Positions 40,994 to 49,940 of a stretch of 64,000 nucleotides of DNA are shown in pieces. This stretch comes from Bdellovibrio sp. (GTDB lineage Bacteria > Bdellovibrionota > Bdellovibrionia > Bdellovibrionales > Bdellovibrionaceae): positions 448,001 through 512,000 of the forward strand of contig JAKFBS010000004.1 of the NCBI GenBank assembly GCA_036677065.1. Reading direction: 5' to 3'. The notes below the pieces were generated by a model. The model searched no databases and was not told the origin of the DNA. It saw nothing but the letters and a program-made list of their open reading frames with translations. How positions within the stretch are numbered: the first letter of the stretch is position 1; the number at the start of each line of letters is the position of its first letter. A program made the translations under genes and the position numbers.

Positions 40994-41587
40994 ATGAAAT
41001 TCGTAGCTATAATGATACTGCTTTGTTCGTCTTTGTCGTTTGCAAAAGCTGAAAAAGTAGACACTCTTGCCGCCGAGTTCTTTTCAGCTCAATACCAAAC
41101 TCGCAAAGTCACTGTTAAAGCAACGTCCTTAAAAGGCTTATTAAGTTTCAAGAAAAATTCTTGTGACCCAGATCAACCTACTGGCGATAAAAAAGCCTGT
41201 GTTGATTATGTCTGCAGTAAAATGCCTTCGTACAATTGTGATGAGGTATCAGAAGTTACGGCGATTGCAGCTTCTTGTCGTGGAACCGATGTCGGTTGCG
41301 TAAAATCAGTTTGTAGTAAAATGCCGTCATACAATTGTGATGAGGCCGACGAACTGAAAGAGATCGCTCAAAGCTGTCGCGCAGTTAAGTCTGATTGTAT
41401 TGATACGATCTGTAAAAAAATGCCTTCATACAACTGCGACGAAGGTTCTGAACTAACAGCTATTGCAGCTGCTTGTCGCGGTACAGACAGTTCTTGCATT
41501 ACCGATGTTTGCAGCCGAGTGCCTTCGTATAACTGCGATGAACCATCAGAATTAATTGCCATCGCTGAATCTTGCGGTAATTACTAA
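40994..41587 (+). CDS. Secreted protein with four 33-aa Cys-rich repeats
   Basis: GGGGGG SD, signal peptide, repeats of C-x4-C-x2-(M/V)PSYNCDE-x10-C. Confidence 0.85.
   Translation: MKFVAIMILLCSSLSFAKAEKVDTLAAEFFSAQYQTRKVTVKATSLKGLLSFKKNSCDPDQPTGDKKACVDYVCSKMPSYNCDEVSEVTAIAASCRGTDVGCVKSVCSKMPSYNCDEADELKEIAQSCRAVKSDCIDTICKKMPSYNCDEGSELTAIAAACRGTDSSCITDVCSRVPSYNCDEPSELIAIAESCGNY
41198..41584 (+). repeat. About 99-bp coding tandem repeat, four copies
   Basis: A TGCC.TC.TA.AA.TG.GA core recurs at 99-bp spacing. Confidence 0.85.
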
Positions 41588-41652
41588 AAGTTAGGGTATC
41601 ATTTTTGCTTTTCCTCTGATTAGACGGCGTAATTGCAGTCATCGGAGGAAAT

Positions 41653-42243
41653 ATGTCCAATATTCATATTCCAATAAAGGAAAAGTTAAAATCAATTCCC
41701 GAAATGCTGGGTATTAGACTTCATGAAGAGCCTCGTTATGAAACTGTCGAAAAAGATGGTGATTTTGAAATACGTGTCTATCAAAAACAACTTCGGGCCT
41801 CGGTGACCATTGAAAATATGCCCTTTGATGAGTTCAGAGAAAAAGCCTTTGATATTTTGACGGAGTATATTTATGGCGAAAATTCAAAAATAATTGATAT
41901 GACTTCTCCTGTGCTACAAAGCCAAACCAGCGATAACAGTTGGACGATGAGTGTTATTCTTCCCGAGAAAATTTCGCTGGGTGATGTGCCTAAGCCGTTA
42001 AATCCAGATATTCAAATTTCAGAAGTTAAAGCTGCCGATGTAGCTGTGTATTCGTATCACGGAACCAATTCGCTAGCAAAAATTGAAGCTCATAAAAAAG
42101 AATTACTTGATTGGCTGGATAAGCACCCAAAATACGAAGCGGCAGCTGAAGCATCGGCTGCGCAATACGATGCGCCTTTTGTTATTTCATTCATGAAGAA
42201 AAATGAAATTCACGTGCCGATCAGATCAATAGCTTTTGTTTAA
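41653..42243 (+). CDS. SOUL heme-binding family protein
   Basis: EEPRYE...FEIRVY, AF..L..YI.GEN, IDMTSPV, YDAPF...NEI. Confidence 0.88.
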   Translation: MSNIHIPIKEKLKSIPEMLGIRLHEEPRYETVEKDGDFEIRVYQKQLRASVTIENMPFDEFREKAFDILTEYIYGENSKIIDMTSPVLQSQTSDNSWTMSVILPEKISLGDVPKPLNPDIQISEVKAADVAVYSYHGTNSLAKIEAHKKELLDWLDKHPKYEAAAEASAAQYDAPFVISFMKKNEIHVPIRSIAFV

Positions 42244-42704
42244 GTCGTGTAATAGCGGTAGAGGTAATTTGTTCGTTGTCCGGTGAAATAGCCAGACAAG
42301 ATGCCACTTAAGACAAGCTCCCAATCGAAGTAGCGTATGTACGCGACGGGATCAGTTGCCTGAAGATAGCCGAAGAAGTATTTCATCACAAAAATTCCAA
42401 GAAGAATAATAATCAACGAAGAGCTTCCGGGAATTTGAATAGACTTAATATCTTTTAAAACCTTGATCGGAGAGTTTCGCACTTTTACAAAACCTGCGAA
42501 AAGTCCCGCTGACAAGCCGACAAGATAGATCCATGCATCGGGCGAAAGAAAAACTTTAAATTTTAAGGCGATTAAGGCCAGTGGCAAGAAAATCAATTTA
42601 TCGAGTGTAACTATGCGGGGTTTTAAGGCCTGTATGCCGACATACAAAAGATAAACTAAAATTCCCCAAACCCAAATAGGCGTGTTTCTGATGATATCAA
42701 CCAT
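42240..42704 (-). CDS. Membrane protein (DUF6622/CcdC-like)
   Basis: II..TP.WVW, PGS...I.IF..KY pattern. Confidence 0.65.
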   Translation of the reverse strand: MVDIIRNTPIWVWGILVYLLYVGIQALKPRIVTLDKLIFLPLALIALKFKVFLSPDAWIYLVGLSAGLFAGFVKVRNSPIKVLKDIKSIQIPGSSSLIIILLGIFVMKYFFGYLQATDPVAYIRYFDWELVLSGILSGYFTGQRTNYLYRYYTT

Positions 42705-42742
42705 GACCTAAGGTTAATGTTGATTAATCCTTAGGGCAAGAT

Positions 42743-43546
42743 TTATGTCCGACGTTTTGGTGTAGCAGATTTTTTACGAACAACTTCTTCTTCACCATCT
42801 AAATCCACATCGGCATCATCATTGATCGTTCTGTCTTCGATCACTTTGCCGGTTGTTAACGCTTTCGCAGCTAAATCTTTATGGTAAGCAAAGATGACTC
42901 CGCCATCTTTAAATAAGTTATTCATCTTTTTAATCAATGTTGTAGAAACCGCAGGGCAGCCCCAGCTTCTTCCAAGGCGGCCTGTTTGGTTCAAGAATTT
43001 TTCAGAAACATAAGTTGCACCATGCATGACGATATAACGATTGATCGCATTCTTATTTGAATGATCGATGCCATGCAAATTTAATGAAGCCCCGTGGCCG
43101 CCGTTATAAAGACTGCCGCCAACATATAAACCTAAAGATGACATTTTTGACTTGTCGACATTTGAAAATTTTGTCGCAAAACGAACGCCTGAACCTTTGC
43201 CGTGAGCCACATGGTGTTTCGTTAGATCACCGGTTTTGATATTCATAATATATAAACGGCGCACATCTGATGGTAGAGTAAAATCGATAACCGCAAGCCA
43301 TTCAGTTTTAACATTGATTTGTCTGGTGCCAGCGGTTTCAGTTCTTGTTTTTTTAGTCGTTACTTTAATGGGTTTTCCGCCATGTTCATTTAAAAAATCG
43401 AACGTGCGTTTTAAGGCCGCAGCGGGTACGCCTTTTTTTACGAATAAGTTAAAAACCGGTTCATCTTTGATTTTAAGAGCATAAAAATCGGTCGCAAAGC
43501 AATTGAAGCTAAAAAGAATAACTGCGATAAAACTTAGTCTTTGCAT
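42743..43546 (-). CDS. Murein L,D-transpeptidase (YkuD_2-type)
   Basis: Signal peptide; VIDF..PS..RR, VAHGKGSG, SSLG, IVMHGA, GRSWGC (catalytic His and Cys). Confidence 0.9.
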   Translation of the reverse strand: MQRLSFIAVILFSFNCFATDFYALKIKDEPVFNLFVKKGVPAAALKRTFDFLNEHGGKPIKVTTKKTRTETAGTRQINVKTEWLAVIDFTLPSDVRRLYIMNIKTGDLTKHHVAHGKGSGVRFATKFSNVDKSKMSSLGLYVGGSLYNGGHGASLNLHGIDHSNKNAINRYIVMHGATYVSEKFLNQTGRLGRSWGCPAVSTTLIKKMNNLFKDGGVIFAYHKDLAAKALTTGKVIEDRTINDDADVDLDGEEEVVRKKSATPKRRT

Positions 43547-43585
43547 AAACGTTCCTTTGACTTAAAAGATTTCAAATTGGTTATT

Positions 43586-43656
43586 AGCTAGAAGTGTACC
43601 TAGCTGAATAGTTGTTTAATTCGAGTACCCCGCTAAAACTGTCCAGTTCGTGGACA
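43586..43656 (-). promoter_or_regulatory. Putative sigma54 promoter plus upstream palindromic activator site for the L,D-transpeptidase gene
   Basis: Minus strand TAGGTACACTTCTAGCT (GG-N10-GC) at 43586-43602; TGTCCA-N5-TGGACA at 43640-43656. Confidence 0.5.
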
Positions 43657-43844
43657 CTTAAGCGCTCTTAGGCACGCTAAAAATGGCACTTCGGTTACCT
43701 TAGGTAGGCGGCTTTTTGCTTAGATTGCATGCATTAAAATAACTCTAAGCTCGCCTAATTAGCACAGCAGAGAAAAGTCATTATTAGCTGGCAATTAGTG
43801 CGGTCTTTAAGCATTATGAGCGCTTATTAAATAAAGAGGCACAT

Positions 43845-44285
43845 ATGAAATCAATTACTGAATTCCAACCAACTACATTACAAAAAGTTTTAGCAGCAAA
43901 AAATACTTTAACTGCTGAAGGTAAAACTGCTGAAGAAATTTCTGCAGCTATTGGCGAAACTTTTAAATATGAAGGTGATAAAATTAAATACGCTTTAGCG
44001 GCTGCTGAATTAGCAAAAGATCAAACTTCTATTCGCCGTGTATTAGTAGCTACTTTTGGTGAAGGTGAAAAACCAGCTCCACAATACCAACAAGTTGAAG
44101 ACACTTATTACAAAGTTGAAACTTTCAATGCAGCTCCAGTAGCTCGCGCTGAAAAAGTTGATCCACGCAACGCTCGTCGCGGCGGTGGTGGTGGTAAACG
44201 TGAAGGTGGCCCTAAAGGTTCTCCATGGGGTATGACTCCTGAAGAAAAAGCAGCTAAAAATAAACCAGCTGCTCCAAAAGCTTAA
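43845..44285 (+). CDS. Hypothetical protein, probably highly expressed
   Basis: GAGG SD, strongly biased codons, own terminator, basic Gly-rich tail. Confidence 0.85.
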   Translation: MKSITEFQPTTLQKVLAAKNTLTAEGKTAEEISAAIGETFKYEGDKIKYALAAAELAKDQTSIRRVLVATFGEGEKPAPQYQQVEDTYYKVETFNAAPVARAEKVDPRNARRGGGGGKREGGPKGSPWGMTPEEKAAKNKPAAPKA

Positions 44286-44310
44286 TTTAAAAAAAACAGT
44301 TCTTTAATCG

Positions 44311-44341
44311 AAATGAGTGTGAAAGCACTCATTTTGTTTTT
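44311..44341 (+). terminator. Rho-independent terminator
   Basis: AAATGAGTG-TGAAAG-CACTCATTT followed by TGTTTT. Confidence 0.75.
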
Positions 44342-44355
44342 GTGGATAACAACTA

Positions 44356-44910
44356 ATGGATAATCCTGCAGAAAAACCCGTATTTAATTTTTTATCTTTT
44401 CCTGGAACAATTCATTTAATTACAAATGACCAACAGCTGCAGGCTATCGCTACTGATTTAGCCGCCGCCAAAGAACTTGGTTTTGATACCGAGACCAGAC
44501 CCAGCTTCAAAAAGGGTGAAGTCCACAATGTAGCGATGCTGCAGTTATCAACTGAAACCGACGCTTACATCATTCGCTTCGGTCATATCTCAAATTTTCA
44601 GGTGCTTATCAATATTTTTGAAAACCCGGCCGTTGTTAAAGTCGGTGCGGCTATTCGTGATGACTTAAAACAATTGCAAAAAAGATTTCAGTTTGTACCA
44701 CAAAATTTTATCGAGCTGCAAAATGTTGCGAAGGTTAAAGGTCTAAAAAATATGGGCTTAAAAGGTATGACAGAAGAAGTTTTGCACGCCACTATTTCGA
44801 AAGGACCAAAAACTACAAACTGGGAATTGCCGGTCTTATCAGAACGACAAATCAAATACGCGGCCACTGATGCCTGGATCGGGCTTACACTTTTTCAGAA
44901 ACTAAAATAG
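44356..44910 (+). CDS. DEDDy 3'-5' exonuclease (WRN/RNase D-like)
   Basis: GFDTE, KVG...DD, W....L...QIKYAATD. Confidence 0.9.
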   Translation: MDNPAEKPVFNFLSFPGTIHLITNDQQLQAIATDLAAAKELGFDTETRPSFKKGEVHNVAMLQLSTETDAYIIRFGHISNFQVLINIFENPAVVKVGAAIRDDLKQLQKRFQFVPQNFIELQNVAKVKGLKNMGLKGMTEEVLHATISKGPKTTNWELPVLSERQIKYAATDAWIGLTLFQKLK

Positions 44911-44914
44911 TTTA

Positions 44915-46438
44915 ATGAACTTTTTAAGATTACCAGACATTTTACTTTCTGTTCTTTTTGAAGATGAAGACATTCTGGCGATTGATAAACCTTACGGTTT
45001 TAATGCGCACACCAATGATTCAAAAATTGAACATTCTAATTTTATTCAAGATGGCCTAATCGAGATCTATGAAAAACACCTGGACCGTAAACTGCATATC
45101 ATTCATCGCCTTGATCAAACTACAACCGGTGTCATGATATTTGGTAAATCCGTAGAATCAGCTAAAAAATACGCTGAATATTTTTTTAATCGTGAAGTTA
45201 AAAAAACTTATGTTTTTGTAACTAAAAACAAATCTGAAAAAAAATCTTTTACGATCAATCAACAGATTATTCACAAAGCTAAAGAACTAGATGCAGAAAC
45301 AGATTTAAAATTCGTAAAAAAATCTGCCAACTTTGAACTATGGCAAGCTAATCCACACACAGGGCGTAACCATCAGATTCGTATTCATGCAAAGGCCGCC
45401 GGGTTATCTATCTTAGGTGATAGTAAATATGACGGTCATAACTATTCATTTTTATGCCTGCACAACTGTCGTATTGAATTTCCGAACGGGATTGTGATTT
45501 TATCGCAGATGCCCGCGTATTTTGAAAGTATGTCTTTATTAGATGATGTCGTGCTTGCTCGCGCCTATTTTGAAGCTGATCGCAGGCTTAGATTATTTGC
45601 CAAGGCGGGTAATGACCAATGTTATCGTCTAAGTCATAAGGATTCAGATTTTACGATTGATCAGTTTGGTGAAACCGTGGCTTTGACGTGGTTAAAAGAA
45701 CGTTGGACAAGTACTGATTCAGAAAAATTCTCAAAGTTTGCAAAAGCTCTGGGTAAGCAGCTGATCGTTCAAAAAGTACATTCAGAAACTAAGACTCAAA
45801 CTTGGGTTGCTGCTGAGGGCACAGTTAAATATGAACTTCGTAGTGATGCTGGCCAAGTTGGCGGTTTATTTTTAAATCAGAGATTACAGCGAAACTGGAT
45901 TTTGAATAATTCTGAAAATAAATCTGTCTTAAATATTTTTTCTCAGACGGCCACAGCCAGCGTTGCTGCGGCCTTAGGTAAAGCCGCCCAAGTCACTTCG
46001 GTTGAAACCAGTAAAAAATCTTTAGAATGGGCTAAGAAAAATTTTGAATTAAATCAGTTAACAGGAGATATGTATAAATTTTTGTATCGCGATAGCTTAA
46101 CATTTCTGGATCAGTGCAAATCTAAAGGTCATACTTTTGATTTAATTATTTGCGATGCTCCAGGTTTTTTTCGTCGTGAAAAAGGCGTTTTTAAAATTGA
46201 AAACAACCTTGAAGACTTAATTAAAAGCTGTCTGCAATGCTTAGCTAACAAGGGCCAAGTTCTTTTTTCAACTAGTTTTGATGCGTTATTTATCGATGAC
46301 GTACGCAAAGCTATCGTCAAAGTGCAAAAAGACTTAAAAATAGATAAACTTGAAATTAATTGTATTTTGCCTTCGTTAGATTTTGAGTTGCCTGACGAAA
46401 AAGTTGGTTTAAAATCATTTTTGATCGGAAAAATTTGA
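44915..46438 (+). CDS. RluA-family pseudouridine synthase fused to an RlmI/RlmK-like SAM methyltransferase domain
   Basis: IDKPYG, HRLD, TGRNHQIR; C-terminal GLFLNQR, VLNIFS, FDLIICDAP. Confidence 0.88.
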   Translation: MNFLRLPDILLSVLFEDEDILAIDKPYGFNAHTNDSKIEHSNFIQDGLIEIYEKHLDRKLHIIHRLDQTTTGVMIFGKSVESAKKYAEYFFNREVKKTYVFVTKNKSEKKSFTINQQIIHKAKELDAETDLKFVKKSANFELWQANPHTGRNHQIRIHAKAAGLSILGDSKYDGHNYSFLCLHNCRIEFPNGIVILSQMPAYFESMSLLDDVVLARAYFEADRRLRLFAKAGNDQCYRLSHKDSDFTIDQFGETVALTWLKERWTSTDSEKFSKFAKALGKQLIVQKVHSETKTQTWVAAEGTVKYELRSDAGQVGGLFLNQRLQRNWILNNSENKSVLNIFSQTATASVAAALGKAAQVTSVETSKKSLEWAKKNFELNQLTGDMYKFLYRDSLTFLDQCKSKGHTFDLIICDAPGFFRREKGVFKIENNLEDLIKSCLQCLANKGQVLFSTSFDALFIDDVRKAIVKVQKDLKIDKLEINCILPSLDFELPDEKVGLKSFLIGKI

Positions 46439-46457
46439 TGACATGGAGAAATAGCTC

Positions 46458-46485
46458 TAAAGTCTTAAGTACTTAAGTCCGATTA
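46458..46485 (+). promoter_or_regulatory. sigma28-like promoter in front of the chaperone-usher locus
   Basis: TAAA-N16-TCCGATTA, 7 nt before ATG 46493. Confidence 0.6.
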
Positions 46486-46492
46486 GCTATCT

Positions 46493-46732
46493 ATGAAGAT
46501 TCTTGTGATTATAGCACTAACTCTTTGGTCTTGTGATTATATCAATGCTAGGCCCTTGTACCTGTCTGGAGTAGTACCTTTGTCTGGTGAAATGCTGGTT
46601 TCAGAAGCTGCAAACGGGCAAATCAACATTACCTCAAAAGGCAGCAGCCGCTTTAAATTAAAACGTATTCATAAGCGTCCGTTAGCTTCAAACGAAAAGG
46701 TCATTCTCATGTACGCGCTAGAGGCCCCTTAG
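46493..46732 (+). CDS. Small secreted pilin-like protein
   Basis: Signal peptide; LYLSGVVP resembles LLLLGTVP of the pilin at 50923-51405. Confidence 0.6.
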   Translation: MKILVIIALTLWSCDYINARPLYLSGVVPLSGEMLVSEAANGQINITSKGSSRFKLKRIHKRPLASNEKVILMYALEAP

Positions 46733-46791
46733 CTAGTACAGTTCTATCTTAAACTATACCTGAACAAGCCAAATGCCTTTATTCTTAAGTT

Positions 46792-47520
46792 ATGAAAAAG
46801 ATTATATTTTTTGTGCTTTTGATAGTTTGCTTTAAGGCTATGGCCTTTAAACTTTCGCCGATGGTTATTAACTTTGCGCCAACCGGCAATAAAGCCACGC
46901 AAGTTTTAACCTTAGAAAACAATGCGAACGAAAAAGTTCCGGTTCAAATCGAAGTCTTTACTCGTGACGTCGATATTAAGGGTGAAGAAATTCGTAAAGC
47001 CAGTGAAGACTTTAACGTTTATCCAGAACAACTTGTTATATTACCTAACGAAAAGCGTAACGTGCGAGTCACGTACACGGGTGCAAAAAGTTTTGATGTT
47101 GAAAAGGCTTTTCGTATTGTCGCTACGCAGATTCCTGTTGAATTCAAAGAGCGCAATGCAAAAGCCCAAACTAAAAAAACTAATTTGAATTTTTTAATTC
47201 AATACGTGGCTTCGGCCTATGTGGCAGCAGATGGCGTTTTTTCAAAGATCGTTGTTAAAGAAGCAAAACTAATTTCAAATAAAAAACTTTCAATTACCAT
47301 TGCTAACGAAGGCTCCGCGCACAAGGTGCTTAAAGCTAAAACACTCAGGGTGCTGGCGGATAAAGAAAAATTAACTGAAGTCGACGCTCCTAAAGAACTT
47401 GATTCTATTAACTTTTTAGCTAAAACCGAGCGCACGATAATATTTAGCTTACCTAAAGATATTAAAATGTCTGATAAAAAAATCACTGCAGAATTTGATT
47501 ACATAGAATCTGGCGATTAA
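46792..47520 (+). CDS. Fimbrial periplasmic chaperone (PapD/EcpB-like)
   Basis: LSPM, F.VYPEQL.I.P...R.VRV, EKAFRI...Q.P, NEGSAH. Confidence 0.88.
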   Translation: MKKIIFFVLLIVCFKAMAFKLSPMVINFAPTGNKATQVLTLENNANEKVPVQIEVFTRDVDIKGEEIRKASEDFNVYPEQLVILPNEKRNVRVTYTGAKSFDVEKAFRIVATQIPVEFKERNAKAQTKKTNLNFLIQYVASAYVAADGVFSKIVVKEAKLISNKKLSITIANEGSAHKVLKAKTLRVLADKEKLTEVDAPKELDSINFLAKTERTIIFSLPKDIKMSDKKITAEFDYIESGD

Positions 47521-47522
47521 GA

Positions 47523-49940
47523 ATGCAAAGAAAGAGTTTATTCGTTTTTCTAACAACTTTAAGCCTTATCGTGCCAATCGCAGCACAAGCCGTAGGGGCA
47601 TTTCCGACGATGGGAAAGCCTTACTTAGTTGCGCCGGTTACTTTAGATAATGCCGCTCGCGAAGATGCCTGGATTTATCCGCGCGAAAATTTTGAAACTG
47701 GCGAAAAAGAAGTTTTTATCGAAGCTGAACCACTTTTTAATTTGTTAGGCGGAAAACTAACGCAAGCTAGGGTAGAGAGCTTAAAAAAATTAGTCAGTCC
47801 GCAAGGCACGTTAAGTTTGAAAACGCTTCAAGCTTCTGGATTGTCAGCGCAGTTTGACTTTAATTCATTAGAGTTAAGTTTAGCGATTCCGCTTAAATAC
47901 CGCGAAACGACTGATTTACTTCTTAATAAAACAAACGACAAAGCCAAAGCACTTAGCCCTGAGCCCCAGAGTGGCTATTTGAATTTCAGAGTTAGTCAGG
48001 CTTTTCGTCATGAAAATGACGAATCACTTCCATTAGTAGCACGTGCAGACTTGGTCGAAAATATAAATGGCTATGTTTTAGAATCAGGCGCAGATTTTCA
48101 GGATCGTTCAGAATATTCTTGGCACAGACAAGATACGCGCCTGCGTAAAGACGATGAAGATCGCATGATTCGATACACGCTGGGCGATTTATCGCTATCG
48201 GGCCATGGGCATCAACAAGTGCCATCGATGGCCGGCGTATCAGTTGTTCGCGAATTCTCAATTCAGCCGTATAGAACATTACGACCGTTAACTGCCACAG
48301 AAGTTTCAATCAAAAGATCATCAGTCATCAGTGTATTTATTAATGGGTTTTTATACACTGAGCTTCGAGTTGGTGCTGGAATTTTTAATATTCGCGATTT
48401 TCCGCTGGCATTAGGTCAAAACAATGTGCGCATTAAGGTGCGTGATGACCTAGGGCAAGAAGAGTTTTATGAATTTTCGACGATTTTCGAAGACAGCATT
48501 TTAGCCAAAGGGTTAAGTGAATTTACTTATAGCGCGGGTATGCCTTGGGTTAATGCAGCTGCCGATCGTGCTTATGAGAGTGAACATTTAATGACTCACC
48601 TGTATCATCGATATGGCCTTACTGATAGCTTTACGGCAGGACTGAATTTTCAAAATTACATCAATCAATCGCTTATAGGTATTGAAGGTTCGGGTGTAAC
48701 TGGTATTGGCTATTTATCGGCATACTTTTCACAATCGTCAGTTTCTGCAACCACAGGCTTCGCTCAGCGTTATCAGTATCGTACATTTAATCGTTTAGCA
48801 GGTGATCAGTTTCCGTTAGTCTTCAAAGCTGAATATGAAGTACATGATCAAAGTTTTTCTTTACAAAATTTCAAATATCGTTGTGATGCACAGTTTAGTT
48901 ATCAAGCTTCAGAAAAGTTTTCTTTAAGTTTCGGCGGTGGTCGCATCGAACATTTTGCGGCAGCAAATCAAAATTATTATAACACTAATTTGGTTTTTAA
49001 TTTTTGGCCGAATTATCGTGTAGAAGTTGGTTATACAAAAAATTACGGACAGGAACCAGAAGATCGAGGCTTATTATCGTTCAATTGGGTAGAGCCTCGC
49101 GGTCGTTATAGCGCCAACGCTTATTACGATACGTTAAAAAACACCAGTAATTTATCAGCTAGTCAAAACAACACCTATAATTATGATGACTACCGTTTAG
49201 CCTTAAGCGGGCAAAGCAGCGACACCGGTGAGACTTTAAATATTTGGGGTGAATACTTAACTCAGCCTGGAAGTGTGCGCTTAGAACAATATTCAAGTAA
49301 CTTGGGCGGTGTGCAAGAAAATGTAAGCACACTGGGTATGAATACTGGGTTTGCATGGACTGGGTCTGAATTGCATGGGTATCACGGAGCATTTACGCAG
49401 CCAATCAGTGATAGTTTTACGTTAGTGCATGCAGAAAATCTTCCTGAAAATCATGCTGTCGTAATTAATCCAATTGATGTTAAAGGTGAAGGCGAAGTTT
49501 TGAATAATCAAAGTGTAATCATTCGTGATCAAACGGCATATTATAAATATAATCTAAACGTGGATACGACAACGCTTCCGATTGGGTATCCCTTAGAAAA
49601 AGAATATTTTAAAGTGCAACCAACGTATAAAAGTGGGCTGTATTTTTCGCTGAAGTTCACGCATAAAACTGTTATCAAAGGGCGATTGTTAGATTCGCAA
49701 AAAAACCCGCTAGCTTTTGTGGCCGGTGATATTTTAAATGCAAAGGGCGAACTTGTGGACAACTCATTTTTTACCAATAAGAATGGCCGATTTTATATTG
49801 AAGGTTTAGAAGATGGTACTTATACACTGACGACAGATAGAACAAATTTAGAATCAATCACAATCGAAGTCATCAAAAGTGAAAACAACATTCTTAATCT
49901 AAATGATGTGACGGTTAAAACCTATGGAGAAATTAAATGA
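47523..49940 (+). CDS. Fimbrial outer-membrane usher
   Basis: 805 aa, signal peptide, W.RQDTRL..D, YTLGD, FSIQP, YG.TD..T.G; C-terminal beta-sandwich. Confidence 0.88.
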   Translation: MQRKSLFVFLTTLSLIVPIAAQAVGAFPTMGKPYLVAPVTLDNAAREDAWIYPRENFETGEKEVFIEAEPLFNLLGGKLTQARVESLKKLVSPQGTLSLKTLQASGLSAQFDFNSLELSLAIPLKYRETTDLLLNKTNDKAKALSPEPQSGYLNFRVSQAFRHENDESLPLVARADLVENINGYVLESGADFQDRSEYSWHRQDTRLRKDDEDRMIRYTLGDLSLSGHGHQQVPSMAGVSVVREFSIQPYRTLRPLTATEVSIKRSSVISVFINGFLYTELRVGAGIFNIRDFPLALGQNNVRIKVRDDLGQEEFYEFSTIFEDSILAKGLSEFTYSAGMPWVNAAADRAYESEHLMTHLYHRYGLTDSFTAGLNFQNYINQSLIGIEGSGVTGIGYLSAYFSQSSVSATTGFAQRYQYRTFNRLAGDQFPLVFKAEYEVHDQSFSLQNFKYRCDAQFSYQASEKFSLSFGGGRIEHFAAANQNYYNTNLVFNFWPNYRVEVGYTKNYGQEPEDRGLLSFNWVEPRGRYSANAYYDTLKNTSNLSASQNNTYNYDDYRLALSGQSSDTGETLNIWGEYLTQPGSVRLEQYSSNLGGVQENVSTLGMNTGFAWTGSELHGYHGAFTQPISDSFTLVHAENLPENHAVVINPIDVKGEGEVLNNQSVIIRDQTAYYKYNLNVDTTTLPIGYPLEKEYFKVQPTYKSGLYFSLKFTHKTVIKGRLLDSQKNPLAFVAGDILNAKGELVDNSFFTNKNGRFYIEGLEDGTYTLTTDRTNLESITIEVIKSENNILNLNDVTVKTYGEIK

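Noticed and set aside
41198..41584. Regularly spaced repeats as a possible CRISPR array
   Set aside because: In-frame 99-bp coding repeats with synonymous variation, no unique spacers and no cas genes.
42897..42906. ACTCCGCCAT matching the tRNA-Asp 3' end (possible attR)
   Set aside because: Only 10 bp, inside an intact CDS, and no integrase present; consistent with chance.
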